DNA of 36,056 nt from an uncultured virus (IMG/VR IMGVR_UViG_3300037307_000895) (lineage: Duplodnaviria > Heunggongvirae > Uroviricota > Caudoviricetes). The position numbers and the translations under genes are program-made. The DNA is taken from the IMG/VR virus record IMGVR_UViG_3300037307_000895. One strand, written 5' to 3'. The notes below the pieces were generated by a model. It did not search any database and was not told the DNA's origin. It worked only from the letters and a program-made list of their open reading frames with translations. Within the stretch, counting starts at the first letter, position 1, and each line of letters begins with the position of its first letter. Positions 1 to 9,073 of the stretch are shown piece by piece.

Positions 1-489
1 AAACCTGGTGGTGGTGTGAAAACTGGCGCCATGGCTCAAGAAGAGGAATTAGCAAGGAGGTCAAATTTAATGTGGGGATTAAATTCAGAATATTACCCAC
101 TTTCTGAAAACGAATTCATATATACATATGATGTTGACTTTTTTAAAGATTCTGATTATAATGAAATAGACCCATTCATTTGTGATGTTATTACTATGCC
201 AGCTGTTAATATAAATGTGGGTAAACCATCTAATTATAAATATTTGATGTTAGAAAAAATAGAAAACATACTATCATATCCATATACAAAAGGTTGTAAG
301 AATTTGGTATTAAGTGCTTTTGGATGTGGAGTATTTAAAAATGATCCTAAGTATGTATCTGGCTTATTTAAAGAATTGATATATAATAAGTATGGTGGTT
401 TATATGATAATATAATTTTCTCTATAATTAATGATAGAAATTCTGTTGGTAGTAATTATTCAGTTTTTAAGGAAGTGATAATAAATTAA
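1..489 (+). CDS. Microbial-type poly(ADP-ribose) glycohydrolase (TIGR02452/DUF2263 macrodomain), 5'-truncated by the window edge
   Basis: Frame is open from base 1 (KPGGGVKTGAMAQEEELARRSNL), matching the PARG signature GGG-x6-8-QEE; later LVLSAFGCGVFKNDP. The GTG at 16 is internal. Confidence 0.85.
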   Translation, partial: KPGGGVKTGAMAQEEELARRSNLMWGLNSEYYPLSENEFIYTYDVDFFKDSDYNEIDPFICDVITMPAVNINVGKPSNYKYLMLEKIENILSYPYTKGCKNLVLSAFGCGVFKNDPKYVSGLFKELIYNKYGGLYDNIIFSIINDRNSVGSNYSVFKEVIIN

Positions 490-501
490 TCTTTCATAAT
501 C

Positions 502-510
502 AATATATAG
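502..510 (+). promoter_or_regulatory. Putative late promoter (AATATATAG)
   Basis: Same motif recurs upstream of five other gene blocks; 14 nt before ATG 525. Confidence 0.5.
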
Positions 511-524
511 AAATAAAAATTGAC

Positions 525-1076
525 ATGAAAGATTTTATATCGTCTCTAATTTCTAATAAATGGTTCAAAATTATAAGCCTTGTTTCAGTTCTTATAATAG
601 TTATTTTTGTTATAGGTAAATTTGATACCGAAGATAACCCCTTTAATAAAATTCAGCTATCTGAAAATAACTTAGTTTTATCAACAGACGGCACTTGTGA
701 TACGATACTGAGAGTGGGATTAGATGTCGCAAATTTAAGTGGATTAATAGTCAATATTTTACCTCTTTCAGAATCAGCTAAATCCTCTTTTAATGGGGAT
801 TTGAATGCACATTTAAGACTACATGATGGAACATATTATCTATTTATAAATCATAATAATTCTAGAGAAGAACTCATTAGAATAATATCACACGAAATCA
901 TACACATACAACAATATCATTCAAAAAGGCTTATTTATGAGAATGGATCTGTTATGTGGGAAGGTGCTGAATATGATTTAAATTCAATATCATATGAAAA
1001 TCGCCCATGGGAAAATGAAGCATTTTCGGGACAGAATGAAATATATCAAAAAATTTATAATATTTTATATAAATAG
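525..1076 (+). CDS. Membrane-anchored HEXXH zinc metallopeptidase-like protein
   Basis: N-terminal hydrophobic helix (IISLVSVLIIVIFVIG), ISHEIIHIQQY, downstream PWENEA. Confidence 0.7.
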   Translation: MKDFISSLISNKWFKIISLVSVLIIVIFVIGKFDTEDNPFNKIQLSENNLVLSTDGTCDTILRVGLDVANLSGLIVNILPLSESAKSSFNGDLNAHLRLHDGTYYLFINHNNSREELIRIISHEIIHIQQYHSKRLIYENGSVMWEGAEYDLNSISYENRPWENEAFSGQNEIYQKIYNILYK

Positions 1077-1139
1077 TTGATTATCAATTATATTTTTTAA
1101 AATCCTTGTCCTGCTTGAAAAAAATTTAATAAAATTTTA

Positions 1140-1166
1140 AAACCTTTGGTTTTCTAAGGAATATAA
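1140..1166 (+). promoter_or_regulatory. Bipartite promoter motif AAAC-N17-ATATAA
   Basis: AAAC 1140-1143 and ATATAA 1161-1166 upstream of HU; recurrent motif. Confidence 0.6.
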
Positions 1167-1199
1167 TATCTATAATTTAAACAATTAAAAATTAAAACT

Positions 1200-1475
1200 A
1201 TGAACAAAGCAGATTTAATCAATGAGGTTTCTACCACTACCGGTCTTACTAAGACAAAATCAGGTGAAGTTATTGACGCCGTAACAGAATCAATGAAAAA
1301 CGCCCTATCTAAGGGTGATAAGGTAACTTTGGTTGGTTTTGGATCTTTTACTCCTTCTAAGAGAAAGTCTCGTAAAGGTCGTAATCCTAAAACTGGACAG
1401 GTAATTTCAATTCCTGAAAAGGTGGTTGTTAAGTTTAAGTCAGGATCATACCTTTCTGATTCTGTTAATTCTTAA
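1200..1475 (+). CDS. hup: HU family DNA-binding protein
   Basis: MNKADLI...GDKVTLVGFGSF...RKGRNPKTG...KFK signature, 91 aa. Confidence 0.95.
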   Translation: MNKADLINEVSTTTGLTKTKSGEVIDAVTESMKNALSKGDKVTLVGFGSFTPSKRKSRKGRNPKTGQVISIPEKVVVKFKSGSYLSDSVNS

Positions 1476-1492
1476 TCTTAATTGACGGTAAT

Positions 1493-1525
1493 AAAAAAAG
1501 TCGGGTTTATTCCGACTTTTTTTTT
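1493..1525 (+). terminator. Intrinsic terminator after HU
   Basis: A7-GTCGG / CCGAC-T9 hairpin. Confidence 0.85.
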
Positions 1526-1553
1526 GTTTTTGTATATAAATTTAATATATTTG
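1523..1553 (+). promoter_or_regulatory. Bacteroidota primary-sigma type promoter
   Basis: TTTG (1523-1526), 19 nt spacer, TATATTTG (1546-1553); matches the -33 TTTG / -7 TAnnTTTG consensus. Confidence 0.65.
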
Positions 1554-1571
1554 TAATTAAATTCTATTGTA

Positions 1572-2090
1572 ATGCATTTAGAAATCGAAAGGAAATTTTT
1601 ATTAAAAGCAATACCATCAAAGGAACCTGATGAAGTAATTAATATAGATCAATATTATTGGAAAAATAGTAAAGGAATATGGGAGAGAGTTAGAAAGTAT
1701 GAATCAATCAAAGAAAAAAGATACATACATACAATTAAAAAGGCTGTTGCTAAAGGAATTAATATAGAAGATGAAAAAGATATTAATTCAAGTGATTTTG
1801 AGAAATTTTTAGAAAAATGTTTTAAAGATGGATCACAATCTAAATTTATATCAAAGGATAGAATCATATACAAGGTATCGGATGAAATAAAGTGGGAAGT
1901 AGATGTATTTGATAGTGGATATAAATTAATAATAGCAGAAGTCGAGATACCTAAGAAAAATTATAAATTAGATATACCTGATTTTATCAAAGATGTACTT
2001 CTAATGGAAGTAACTAACTTAAAACAATTTAGTAATAGAAACCTATCAATTGATATAAAAGAAATTGGAAAATATAATGGAAGGATATGA
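1572..2090 (+). CDS. CYTH domain protein (triphosphate tunnel metalloenzyme)
   Basis: N-terminal EIERKFL (ExExK), WEVDVF, IAEVE, EVT...SN motifs. Confidence 0.88.
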   Translation: MHLEIERKFLLKAIPSKEPDEVINIDQYYWKNSKGIWERVRKYESIKEKRYIHTIKKAVAKGINIEDEKDINSSDFEKFLEKCFKDGSQSKFISKDRIIYKVSDEIKWEVDVFDSGYKLIIAEVEIPKKNYKLDIPDFIKDVLLMEVTNLKQFSNRNLSIDIKEIGKYNGRI

Positions 2091-2595
2091 ACTTAGAATG
2101 TATGGATTGGTACCATACAATATATCACCTATTCAACAAGCAATTCAATTTGGTCATGCTGTTGTTGAATATGGTTTAGAAAATTTTAATGAAGAAGAAT
2201 ATCAAAATTGGGCAAAGAATTGGAAAACATTTATTATTTTAAATGGAGGAACGACTAATGTTAGTTCTAATTACAACGGAACTCTTAATTTACATTTAGA
2301 AACCCTTAAACAAAATGGAATTAAAGTTGCCACATTTTATGAGCCTGATTTGGGTAATCAATTAACTGCTATAGTTTTTATAGTCGATGAAAGAGTATTT
2401 AATAAAAAGAAATATCCTAATTATGTTCCAGAGAAAGGTTTTAATAATCTTTGGAATTATGTTTTAGAATTTTTTCAAACAAAGACTACTCAAGATGAAT
2501 ATAATAAATGGAAAGAAAATTTTAATGACACTGAAGAAAATGTTAATAAAATAATATTTCTCAGAGAATTTTTAAATCAATTTAAATTAGCTTAA
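2077..2595 (+). CDS. Peptidyl-tRNA hydrolase 2 (PTH2)-like protein
   Basis: QAIQFGHAV...W..KTFIIL...F.EPDLGNQLTAI pattern; ATG 2077 preferred over TTG 2065. Confidence 0.65.
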   Translation: MEGYELRMYGLVPYNISPIQQAIQFGHAVVEYGLENFNEEEYQNWAKNWKTFIILNGGTTNVSSNYNGTLNLHLETLKQNGIKVATFYEPDLGNQLTAIVFIVDERVFNKKKYPNYVPEKGFNNLWNYVLEFFQTKTTQDEYNKWKENFNDTEENVNKIIFLREFLNQFKLA

Positions 2596-2596
2596 T

Positions 2597-4693
2597 ATGA
2601 ATCAAGAAAAAATCCGAACACTAGATGTTAAAAATGCTATCAGCGACGACGATGATGATGACGCTGATAATAAGTTTAGTAGTGGTAAGAAAAATGTTGA
2701 CCCTAAATCAAAAACACCCATCTTAGATACTTTCAGTCGTGATTTGACAAGAAATGCACAAGATGGAAAAATTGACCCGATAGTAGGTAGAGAGAAAGAG
2801 ATAGAAAGAGTCTCTCAGATACTATCAAGAAGAAAAAAGAATAATCCAATCTTAATAGGAGAACCTGGTGTTGGTAAATCAGCTATTGCTGAAGGACTCG
2901 CGCTGAGAATCAGTCAAAAGAAAGTATCAAGAGTTCTTTTTGATAAAAGAATTGTGATGCTTGATTTGGCTTCTATGGTTGCTGGCACTAAATATCGTGG
3001 CCAATTCGAAGAAAGAATAAAGGCCTTAATGGCTGAATTGGAAAAAAATCCAAATGTTATTCTCTTTATCGATGAAATACACACGATTATTGGGGCCGGT
3101 GGTTCATCTGGATCTTTAGACGCTTCTAATATGTTTAAACCAGCTTTGGCTAGAGGTGAAATACAAATTATTGGAGCAACTACAATTGATGAATATAGAA
3201 AATATATTGAGAAGGACGGTGCTCTTGAAAGAAGATTTCAAAAAGTGGTAGTTGAGCCAGCAACTGAAGAAGAAACACTACAAATAATTAATAATATTAA
3301 AGATAAATATGAATCACATCATAATGTTGAATACTCACCTGAGGCTGTAGAAGCTTGTGTTAGATTGACATCAAGATTCATGACGGATCGTTTTCTTCCT
3401 GATAAAGCAATTGATGCTTTAGATGAGGCGGGAGCAAGAGTACATATTTCAAACATTACCGTTCCAAAAGAAATAACAGATATTGAAGCAAAAATTACCG
3501 AAACTAAAGACAGAAAAAATGAAGTTGTTAGAAGTCAAAGGTATGAAGAAGCTGCTACTTTAAGGGATGTTGAAAAAAAATTAATCACTAATCTTGAGGA
3601 AGCTCGTAAAAAATGGGAAGAAGAACAAAAAAATCATCGTCAAAAAGTTACAGAAGATAATGTAGCAGAAGTAGTATCTATGATGACAGGAATTCCTCTT
3701 CAAAAAGTAGGACAAAAAGAAACTGAAAAACTTTTCAAGATGTTAGATTCTATGAAAGGTAGGGTCATCGGTCAAGATGAAGCTGTATCTAAAGTTGTTA
3801 AAGCTATACAAAGAGGAAGAGTAGGTTTGAAAGATCCTAATAAACCAATTGGTACTTTCTTGTTCTTGGGACCAACAGGAGTTGGTAAAACACAATTGGC
3901 TAAAATGTTGGCTAAATATCTTTTTGATTCGGAAGATTCATTAATCAGAATTGATATGAGTGAATTTATGGAGAAATTTACTGTTTCAAGATTGGTGGGA
4001 GCTCCTCCAGGATATGTAGGACACGATGAGGGTGGTCAATTAACAGAAAAAGTTAGAAGGAAACCTTATTCAGTTGTCTTATTAGATGAAATTGAAAAAG
4101 CACACCCAGATGTATTTAATATTTTATTACAAGTATTAGACGATGGTCAACTAACTGATTCCTTGGGTAGAAAAGTTAGTTTTAAAAATACTGTGGTTAT
4201 TATGACTTCTAATACTGGATCAAGACAATTGAAAGACTTTGGAACAGGTGTTGGATTCATGACTAAGACAAAAGAAAAAAGAGCAGAAGAAGATACAAAA
4301 GCTGTCATTGAAAAACAGTTAAAGAAAACATTTTCTCCTGAATTTTTGAATAGAATTGATGATATTGTAACTTTTAATTCACTTGATAAAGAAGATATTA
4401 ATCAAATTATTAATATTGAACTTGAAGGATTAATGGTTAGAATTAGATCACTTGAATATGATTTGGAATTATCAGAATCCTTAAGAAATTATATTGTGGA
4501 TAAAGGATATGATCCTGATTATGGTGCTAGACCTTTGAAAAGGGCATTACAAAAATATATTGAAGATGTATTAACAGAGGAAATAATCACTAATAACCCC
4601 GAAAAAGGTAGTAAAATTTATATGGATTATGACTCTACGAATGACAAAGTAATAGTTGTGAATAAAAAGAAAAAAATTAAAAAGAAAGACTAA
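2597..4693 (+). CDS. clpC: ClpC-type AAA+ chaperone lacking the N-terminal Clp-repeat domain
   Basis: Two Walker A ([16 protein letters not shown]), two Walker B (FIDEIH, LLDEIEK), UVR-type middle domain (YEEAATLRD), GVGF ClpP-binding loop, YGARPL. Confidence 0.93.
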   Translation: MNQEKIRTLDVKNAISDDDDDDADNKFSSGKKNVDPKSKTPILDTFSRDLTRNAQDGKIDPIVGREKEIERVSQILSRRKKNNPILIGEPGVGKSAIAEGLALRISQKKVSRVLFDKRIVMLDLASMVAGTKYRGQFEERIKALMAELEKNPNVILFIDEIHTIIGAGGSSGSLDASNMFKPALARGEIQIIGATTIDEYRKYIEKDGALERRFQKVVVEPATEEETLQIINNIKDKYESHHNVEYSPEAVEACVRLTSRFMTDRFLPDKAIDALDEAGARVHISNITVPKEITDIEAKITETKDRKNEVVRSQRYEEAATLRDVEKKLITNLEEARKKWEEEQKNHRQKVTEDNVAEVVSMMTGIPLQKVGQKETEKLFKMLDSMKGRVIGQDEAVSKVVKAIQRGRVGLKDPNKPIGTFLFLGPTGVGKTQLAKMLAKYLFDSEDSLIRIDMSEFMEKFTVSRLVGAPPGYVGHDEGGQLTEKVRRKPYSVVLLDEIEKAHPDVFNILLQVLDDGQLTDSLGRKVSFKNTVVIMTSNTGSRQLKDFGTGVGFMTKTKEKRAEEDTKAVIEKQLKKTFSPEFLNRIDDIVTFNSLDKEDINQIINIELEGLMVRIRSLEYDLELSESLRNYIVDKGYDPDYGARPLKRALQKYIEDVLTEEIITNNPEKGSKIYMDYDSTNDKVIVVNKKKKIKKKD

Positions 4694-4705
4694 TTTTATA
4701 TTGAG

Positions 4706-4741
4706 AAAAAAGAGGAAAGAAAAAACTTTCCTCTTTTTTTT
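4706..4741 (+). terminator. Intrinsic terminator after clpC, overlapping an AAAC-N17-TTATAA motif (4723-4749)
   Basis: AAAAAAGAGGAAAG / CTTTCCTCTTTTTT perfect inverted repeat with T tail. Confidence 0.85.
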
Positions 4742-4773
4742 CTTTATAAAATTCAAGAATTTATGTAAATAAT

Positions 4774-5499
4774 ATGAACAGATTTGTTTTTGTAATCCCA
4801 TTTTACAATGTAAGAGCCTTTATTAAAGATTGTTATACATCTTTACTCAATCAGAGAAATCAAAATTGGATAGCTATTTTCGCTGATGATCAATCAACAG
4901 ATGGTACAACTGATTTAATTCCACAAGATAGTAGATTTATTATTAAAAAGACACCTCACAGAATGACCGCACTTCCTAATATACATTATGCTATTACGGA
5001 TAGTAATTTGAATGATGATGATATCATCTGTATTCTAGATGGTGATGACTTTTTATTGAGGTCTGATGCTATAGATATAGTTGATAATTTATACAAAGAC
5101 GGTGCTTTATTAACATACGGTCAGTATATGTGGCCTAATGGAAATCCAGGTCATTGTCAAGGTTATAATGCTTATACTTTTTTAAAATTAAGAAATGGTG
5201 GGTATGTAGCATCACATCTAAGGACATTTAAATATAAATTGTATAAAGAAATATTAAATCAAGATCCTGATTTAAATTGTTATAAAGATTCTAATGGTGA
5301 ATATTACACCACTTGTTATGATATAGCTATAATGACTCCACTTATGGAAATGGCGGGCTTGGAAAATATAAGATTTAATCCAATACCTATTTATTACTAC
5401 CGGTTGCACCCTAATAATGACCATTATTTGTACGCCGATTTACAAAAAAAGACAGAACATGAAATTTTTGCTAAGTCTCCTTTTAGAAAGGTTTTTTAA
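4774..5499 (+). CDS. Glycosyltransferase family 2
   Basis: VIPFYN, DDQSTDGT, LDGDD, YYYRLH. Confidence 0.9.
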   Translation: MNRFVFVIPFYNVRAFIKDCYTSLLNQRNQNWIAIFADDQSTDGTTDLIPQDSRFIIKKTPHRMTALPNIHYAITDSNLNDDDIICILDGDDFLLRSDAIDIVDNLYKDGALLTYGQYMWPNGNPGHCQGYNAYTFLKLRNGGYVASHLRTFKYKLYKEILNQDPDLNCYKDSNGEYYTTCYDIAIMTPLMEMAGLENIRFNPIPIYYYRLHPNNDHYLYADLQKKTEHEIFAKSPFRKVF

Positions 5500-5517
5500 G
5501 AAAAAAGAATAAATGAA

Positions 5518-7068
5518 GTGAAAGTTAAAAAGAAGAATAATTTAAAGGTAGGTGTAATTTTTTATCACAGTAATATAACTAATTTATATCCTTTAGAATG
5601 GATAGAAGAATGCTTTAATTCCATTGTTAATCAAACTTATAGTGAGTTTTCTATCTATGAGTTAAATTATGGAGATGATGATTTTAGATTAAGTAGAATG
5701 TTTGATTTTGATAAAGAATATCATTATTACAATGATAAATTTTCTAATCATGCAGATGCTATGAATTATATTCTCAATAAAGCTATTGAAGATGGATGTG
5801 ATTATGTGTTTAACACGAATATGGATGATAATTATCATCCTGATAGGTTTAAAATACAATTATCTAATGCTTTGAAGGGATATGATATCGTTTCATCAAA
5901 CTTTATTTATATAGATGAAAATGGAGAAAAGAAGAAAGAATTTATTTTTTCTAATATTGATATTAAAGAAGAATTGGATAAAGATCATAATGTTATAGCT
6001 CACCCGGTTGTTTGTTATAGCAAAAATTTTATTACAAATAATAAATATGAAAGTAATAGAATACCAAGGGAAGATTTAGATATGTGGAAAAATACCATAG
6101 ATAAATATCAGTTTTATATTTGTGAAGAATTTCTTTTAAATTATAGAATTCATCAAAATCAGGTATCTGGTAAAAATAAAAAGGAAAAAATTTCTAAAAT
6201 AAAACCAAGAAATATAGGATTATTGATAATAGCAACTAATAAATATATTGATTTTATACAACCACTTATATCAAGTGCTGATGAATATTTTTTAACCAAT
6301 CATAAAGTTAAGTACTTTGTATTCACAAATGAAGATGTTAAAATAGAGACCAATAGGGACTATCAGATAATTAAAGTAGAACATAAAGATTGGCCATGGA
6401 TGACAATGGGTAGATATCATATTTTTTATAATAATAGAAATATTTTATCTAAAATGGATTATTTATACTATTGTGATGTCGATATGAAATTTGAAAATGT
6501 TGTCGGGGATGAAGTAATTGGAGATTTGGTAGCTACATTACACCCAGGATTTTACGAACGTCAAAAAGTAGGAACTCCAGAGAGAAATCCAATATCTACA
6601 GCGTATATAAGTGAAAATGAGGATAATTTGTATTATGCTGGTGGATTTAATGGTGGGAAATCATCTAATTTTTTAAAAATGTCAAAAATATTATCTAAAA
6701 ATATTGATAAAGACTTATCAAACGATATAATAGCAATATGGCATGATGAATCACATTTAAATAAATATTTTCATTATATAAAACCATCCATTATATTATC
6801 ATCAAGTTATTGTTATCCTGAAAATAAAAAAATACCATTTGATAGAAAGTTAGTAGCTTTAGATAAAAACCATAATTTATTGAGAGAAATCGAAAAGGAG
6901 AAAGAAGAAAGTGATGAAAAGGAAAAATTAATTGATGATAAAAAAGAAATATTAGTTGAAGACATCTATGTACCCCCACCAATAATCAGACCAACTGTTT
7001 GTAGATGTGGAACACCAATAGATCGTGTTAGATATAACTTTTGTCAAAAATGTGGAAACCTTTATTAA
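5518..7068 (+). CDS. GT2-like + GT6 (ABO-type alpha-1,3-Gal/GalNAc transferase) fusion with C-terminal zinc-ribbon-like tail
   Basis: N-half NMDD...HPDRF..Q, HP, EDL, YRIHQNQVS. C-half IGLLIIATNKY, CDVDM, HPGFY, YYAGGFNGG, WHDESHLNKYF. Ends CRC...CQKC. GTG start uncertain. Confidence 0.88.
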   Translation: MKVKKKNNLKVGVIFYHSNITNLYPLEWIEECFNSIVNQTYSEFSIYELNYGDDDFRLSRMFDFDKEYHYYNDKFSNHADAMNYILNKAIEDGCDYVFNTNMDDNYHPDRFKIQLSNALKGYDIVSSNFIYIDENGEKKKEFIFSNIDIKEELDKDHNVIAHPVVCYSKNFITNNKYESNRIPREDLDMWKNTIDKYQFYICEEFLLNYRIHQNQVSGKNKKEKISKIKPRNIGLLIIATNKYIDFIQPLISSADEYFLTNHKVKYFVFTNEDVKIETNRDYQIIKVEHKDWPWMTMGRYHIFYNNRNILSKMDYLYYCDVDMKFENVVGDEVIGDLVATLHPGFYERQKVGTPERNPISTAYISENEDNLYYAGGFNGGKSSNFLKMSKILSKNIDKDLSNDIIAIWHDESHLNKYFHYIKPSIILSSSYCYPENKKIPFDRKLVALDKNHNLLREIEKEKEESDEKEKLIDDKKEILVEDIYVPPPIIRPTVCRCGTPIDRVRYNFCQKCGNLY

Positions 7069-7082
7069 AAAACACATTATAA
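7056..7082 (+). promoter_or_regulatory. Bipartite motif AAAC-N17-TTATAA
   Basis: AAAC 7056-7059 and TTATAA 7077-7082 upstream of ATG 7102. Confidence 0.5.
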
Positions 7083-7101
7083 TTAAAAAATAAAACACAA
7101 A

Positions 7102-8400
7102 ATGAATTTAGAAGAAATATTACTCAAAATAGATGAATATTTAACCGAAAATAGTCCCAAATACCTTTATAATAAAAATTTTATAGAGGGTAAAGACCAA
7201 GTGCTTTATTCTGGTCCTTACTGGGATAATAGTGAAATAACATCATCGATAAAGGCTCTACTTTCTGGTAAATGGTTAGTTTCAGGAGAAAATGTTCACA
7301 AATTCGAAAGTCAATTTTCAAAAAAATTTGGAGTTAAATATTCACATATGGTTAATTCCGGCAGTTCTGCTAATCTTGTTATGGCAACTGCTTTAAAAAA
7401 ATATTTTAATTGGGAAGATGGTGACGAAATAATTGTTTCTCCTGTTGGATTTCCAACTACGATATCACCTATATTACAAAATAATTTAAAACCAATATTT
7501 ATAGATATTGAGTATGAAACTTTAAATTTTAATATAGATAAAATAGAAGAAAAAATAACTTCTAGAACTAAAGCTATAATAGTTTCACCCGTATTAGGAA
7601 ATCCTCCTGATATGGATAAACTCAAAGAAATATGTGAAAAACATAATTTAAAATTGGTCGGAGATAGCTGTGATAGCATTGGAACTACATGGAATGGTAA
7701 AGACCTAAATGAGTATTATGTAGCTTGGTCTACTTCATTTTATCCTGCTCATCATATAACAACAGGGGAGGGCGGAATGATATCCACTAATATTGAAGAG
7801 TTAAAAAAATTGTTCGTTAGTATATCTTGGTGGGGTAGAGATTGTTATTGTGTTGGGTCGGCAAATTTATTGTCATGTGGAACTTGTGGTAATAGATTTG
7901 ATAAATGGTTAGAGTCTTATAATGGAATAATCGATCACAAATATGTTTTTACTAATATTGGGTATAATTTAAAGCCGATGGATTTACAAGGTGCAATGGG
8001 TATTGAACAATTAAAGAAGTTTGACACCATATCTAAAAACAGAAAGGAAAGTAAGCGCAGAGTAACAGAAATTTTATTAAAATATGTTGATGGATTACAA
8101 AGTGTAAAAATGTTAGAAAAAGCAGAAACTTGTTGGTTTGGAACGCCATTTATTTGTGTTGATAAAAAACAAAAAGATAAGTTAGTATCTTTCCTTGAAG
8201 AAAATAAAATTCAAACTAGGAATTATTTCGCTGGTAATATACTATTACACCCAGCATTTAAAGGATTAGATGATTTGTCAAAGTATCCTAATTCAAATAC
8301 AGTTTTGGATAGAGTATTTTTTGTTGGAGCATCACCACACTATAATGAAATAATATTTAATTATATTGAAAATGTATTTAAAGAAAAATGGAACAATTAA
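7102..8400 (+). CDS. rfbH: DdhC/RfbH-like NDP-4-keto-6-deoxyglucose 3-dehydrase (DegT/DnrJ fold)
   Basis: VNSGSSANL, SFYPAHHITTGEGG (His in place of the Schiff-base Lys), WGRDCYC...CGTC Fe-S motif, DHKY..GYNLKP. Confidence 0.85.
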   Translation: MNLEEILLKIDEYLTENSPKYLYNKNFIEGKDQVLYSGPYWDNSEITSSIKALLSGKWLVSGENVHKFESQFSKKFGVKYSHMVNSGSSANLVMATALKKYFNWEDGDEIIVSPVGFPTTISPILQNNLKPIFIDIEYETLNFNIDKIEEKITSRTKAIIVSPVLGNPPDMDKLKEICEKHNLKLVGDSCDSIGTTWNGKDLNEYYVAWSTSFYPAHHITTGEGGMISTNIEELKKLFVSISWWGRDCYCVGSANLLSCGTCGNRFDKWLESYNGIIDHKYVFTNIGYNLKPMDLQGAMGIEQLKKFDTISKNRKESKRRVTEILLKYVDGLQSVKMLEKAETCWFGTPFICVDKKQKDKLVSFLEENKIQTRNYFAGNILLHPAFKGLDDLSKYPNSNTVLDRVFFVGASPHYNEIIFNYIENVFKEKWNN

Positions 8401-9065
8401 AGGTATTAATACTTGGTGATGGTTTATTAGGTAGTGAGATAGTTAAACAAACTAATTGGGATTACATATCCAGAAAAAAAGATGGTTTTAATATTTCAGA
8501 TCCTTCTTCATGGAATTTTAATAATTATAATATTATTATAAATTGTATCGCCAATACTGATACCTATTCTACAGACAAACAGAAACATTGGGATGTAAAC
8601 TATAAATTTGTTTATGATTTGGCTAATTATTGTAATGATAATAACATTAAATTAGTTCATATATCTACCGAATACCTATACAGTGGATCAATTAGTAATG
8701 CCACTGAAGAAGATGTTCCAGTTCATTGTAATAATTGGTATGGATATACAAAATTATTAGGAGATGGTATAGTACAATTAATATCTAAAGATTATTTACT
8801 TATAAGGTGTATGCATAAGCCAAATCCTTTTCCTTATGATAAAGCTTGGATAGATCAAATTGGAAATTTTGATTATGTTGATGTAATAACATCTATGATA
8901 ATTAATCTTGTTAAAAGAGGTGATTGTGGATTATATAATGTTGGAACAAAATTAAAATCAATTTATGATTTAGCTAAAAAAACAAATATTGGTGTCCTCC
9001 CAATATTATCGCCACAAAATGCTCCTAAGGATATAACTATGGATATATCTAAACTAAAAAATTAA
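8388..9065 (+). CDS. RmlD-like NDP-4-keto-sugar reductase (short SDR)
   Basis: ILGDGLLG, INCIANTD, HISTEY, YGYTK. Confidence 0.8.
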   Translation: MEQLKVLILGDGLLGSEIVKQTNWDYISRKKDGFNISDPSSWNFNNYNIIINCIANTDTYSTDKQKHWDVNYKFVYDLANYCNDNNIKLVHISTEYLYSGSISNATEEDVPVHCNNWYGYTKLLGDGIVQLISKDYLLIRCMHKPNPFPYDKAWIDQIGNFDYVDVITSMIINLVKRGDCGLYNVGTKLKSIYDLAKKTNIGVLPILSPQNAPKDITMDISKLKN

Positions 9066-9073
9066 ATATAATT

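Noticed and set aside
2065..2076. TTG start for the PTH2-like gene; likewise extended starts at 26202, 30555 and 31468
   Set aside because: Downstream ATGs (2077, 26229, 30471, 31426) reduce overlaps and fit domain starts or promoter positions.
7102..8400. Ordinary DegT-type sugar aminotransferase or ColD
   Set aside because: The catalytic Lys is replaced by His and the Cys-rich Fe-S motif is present, which fits DdhC/RfbH.
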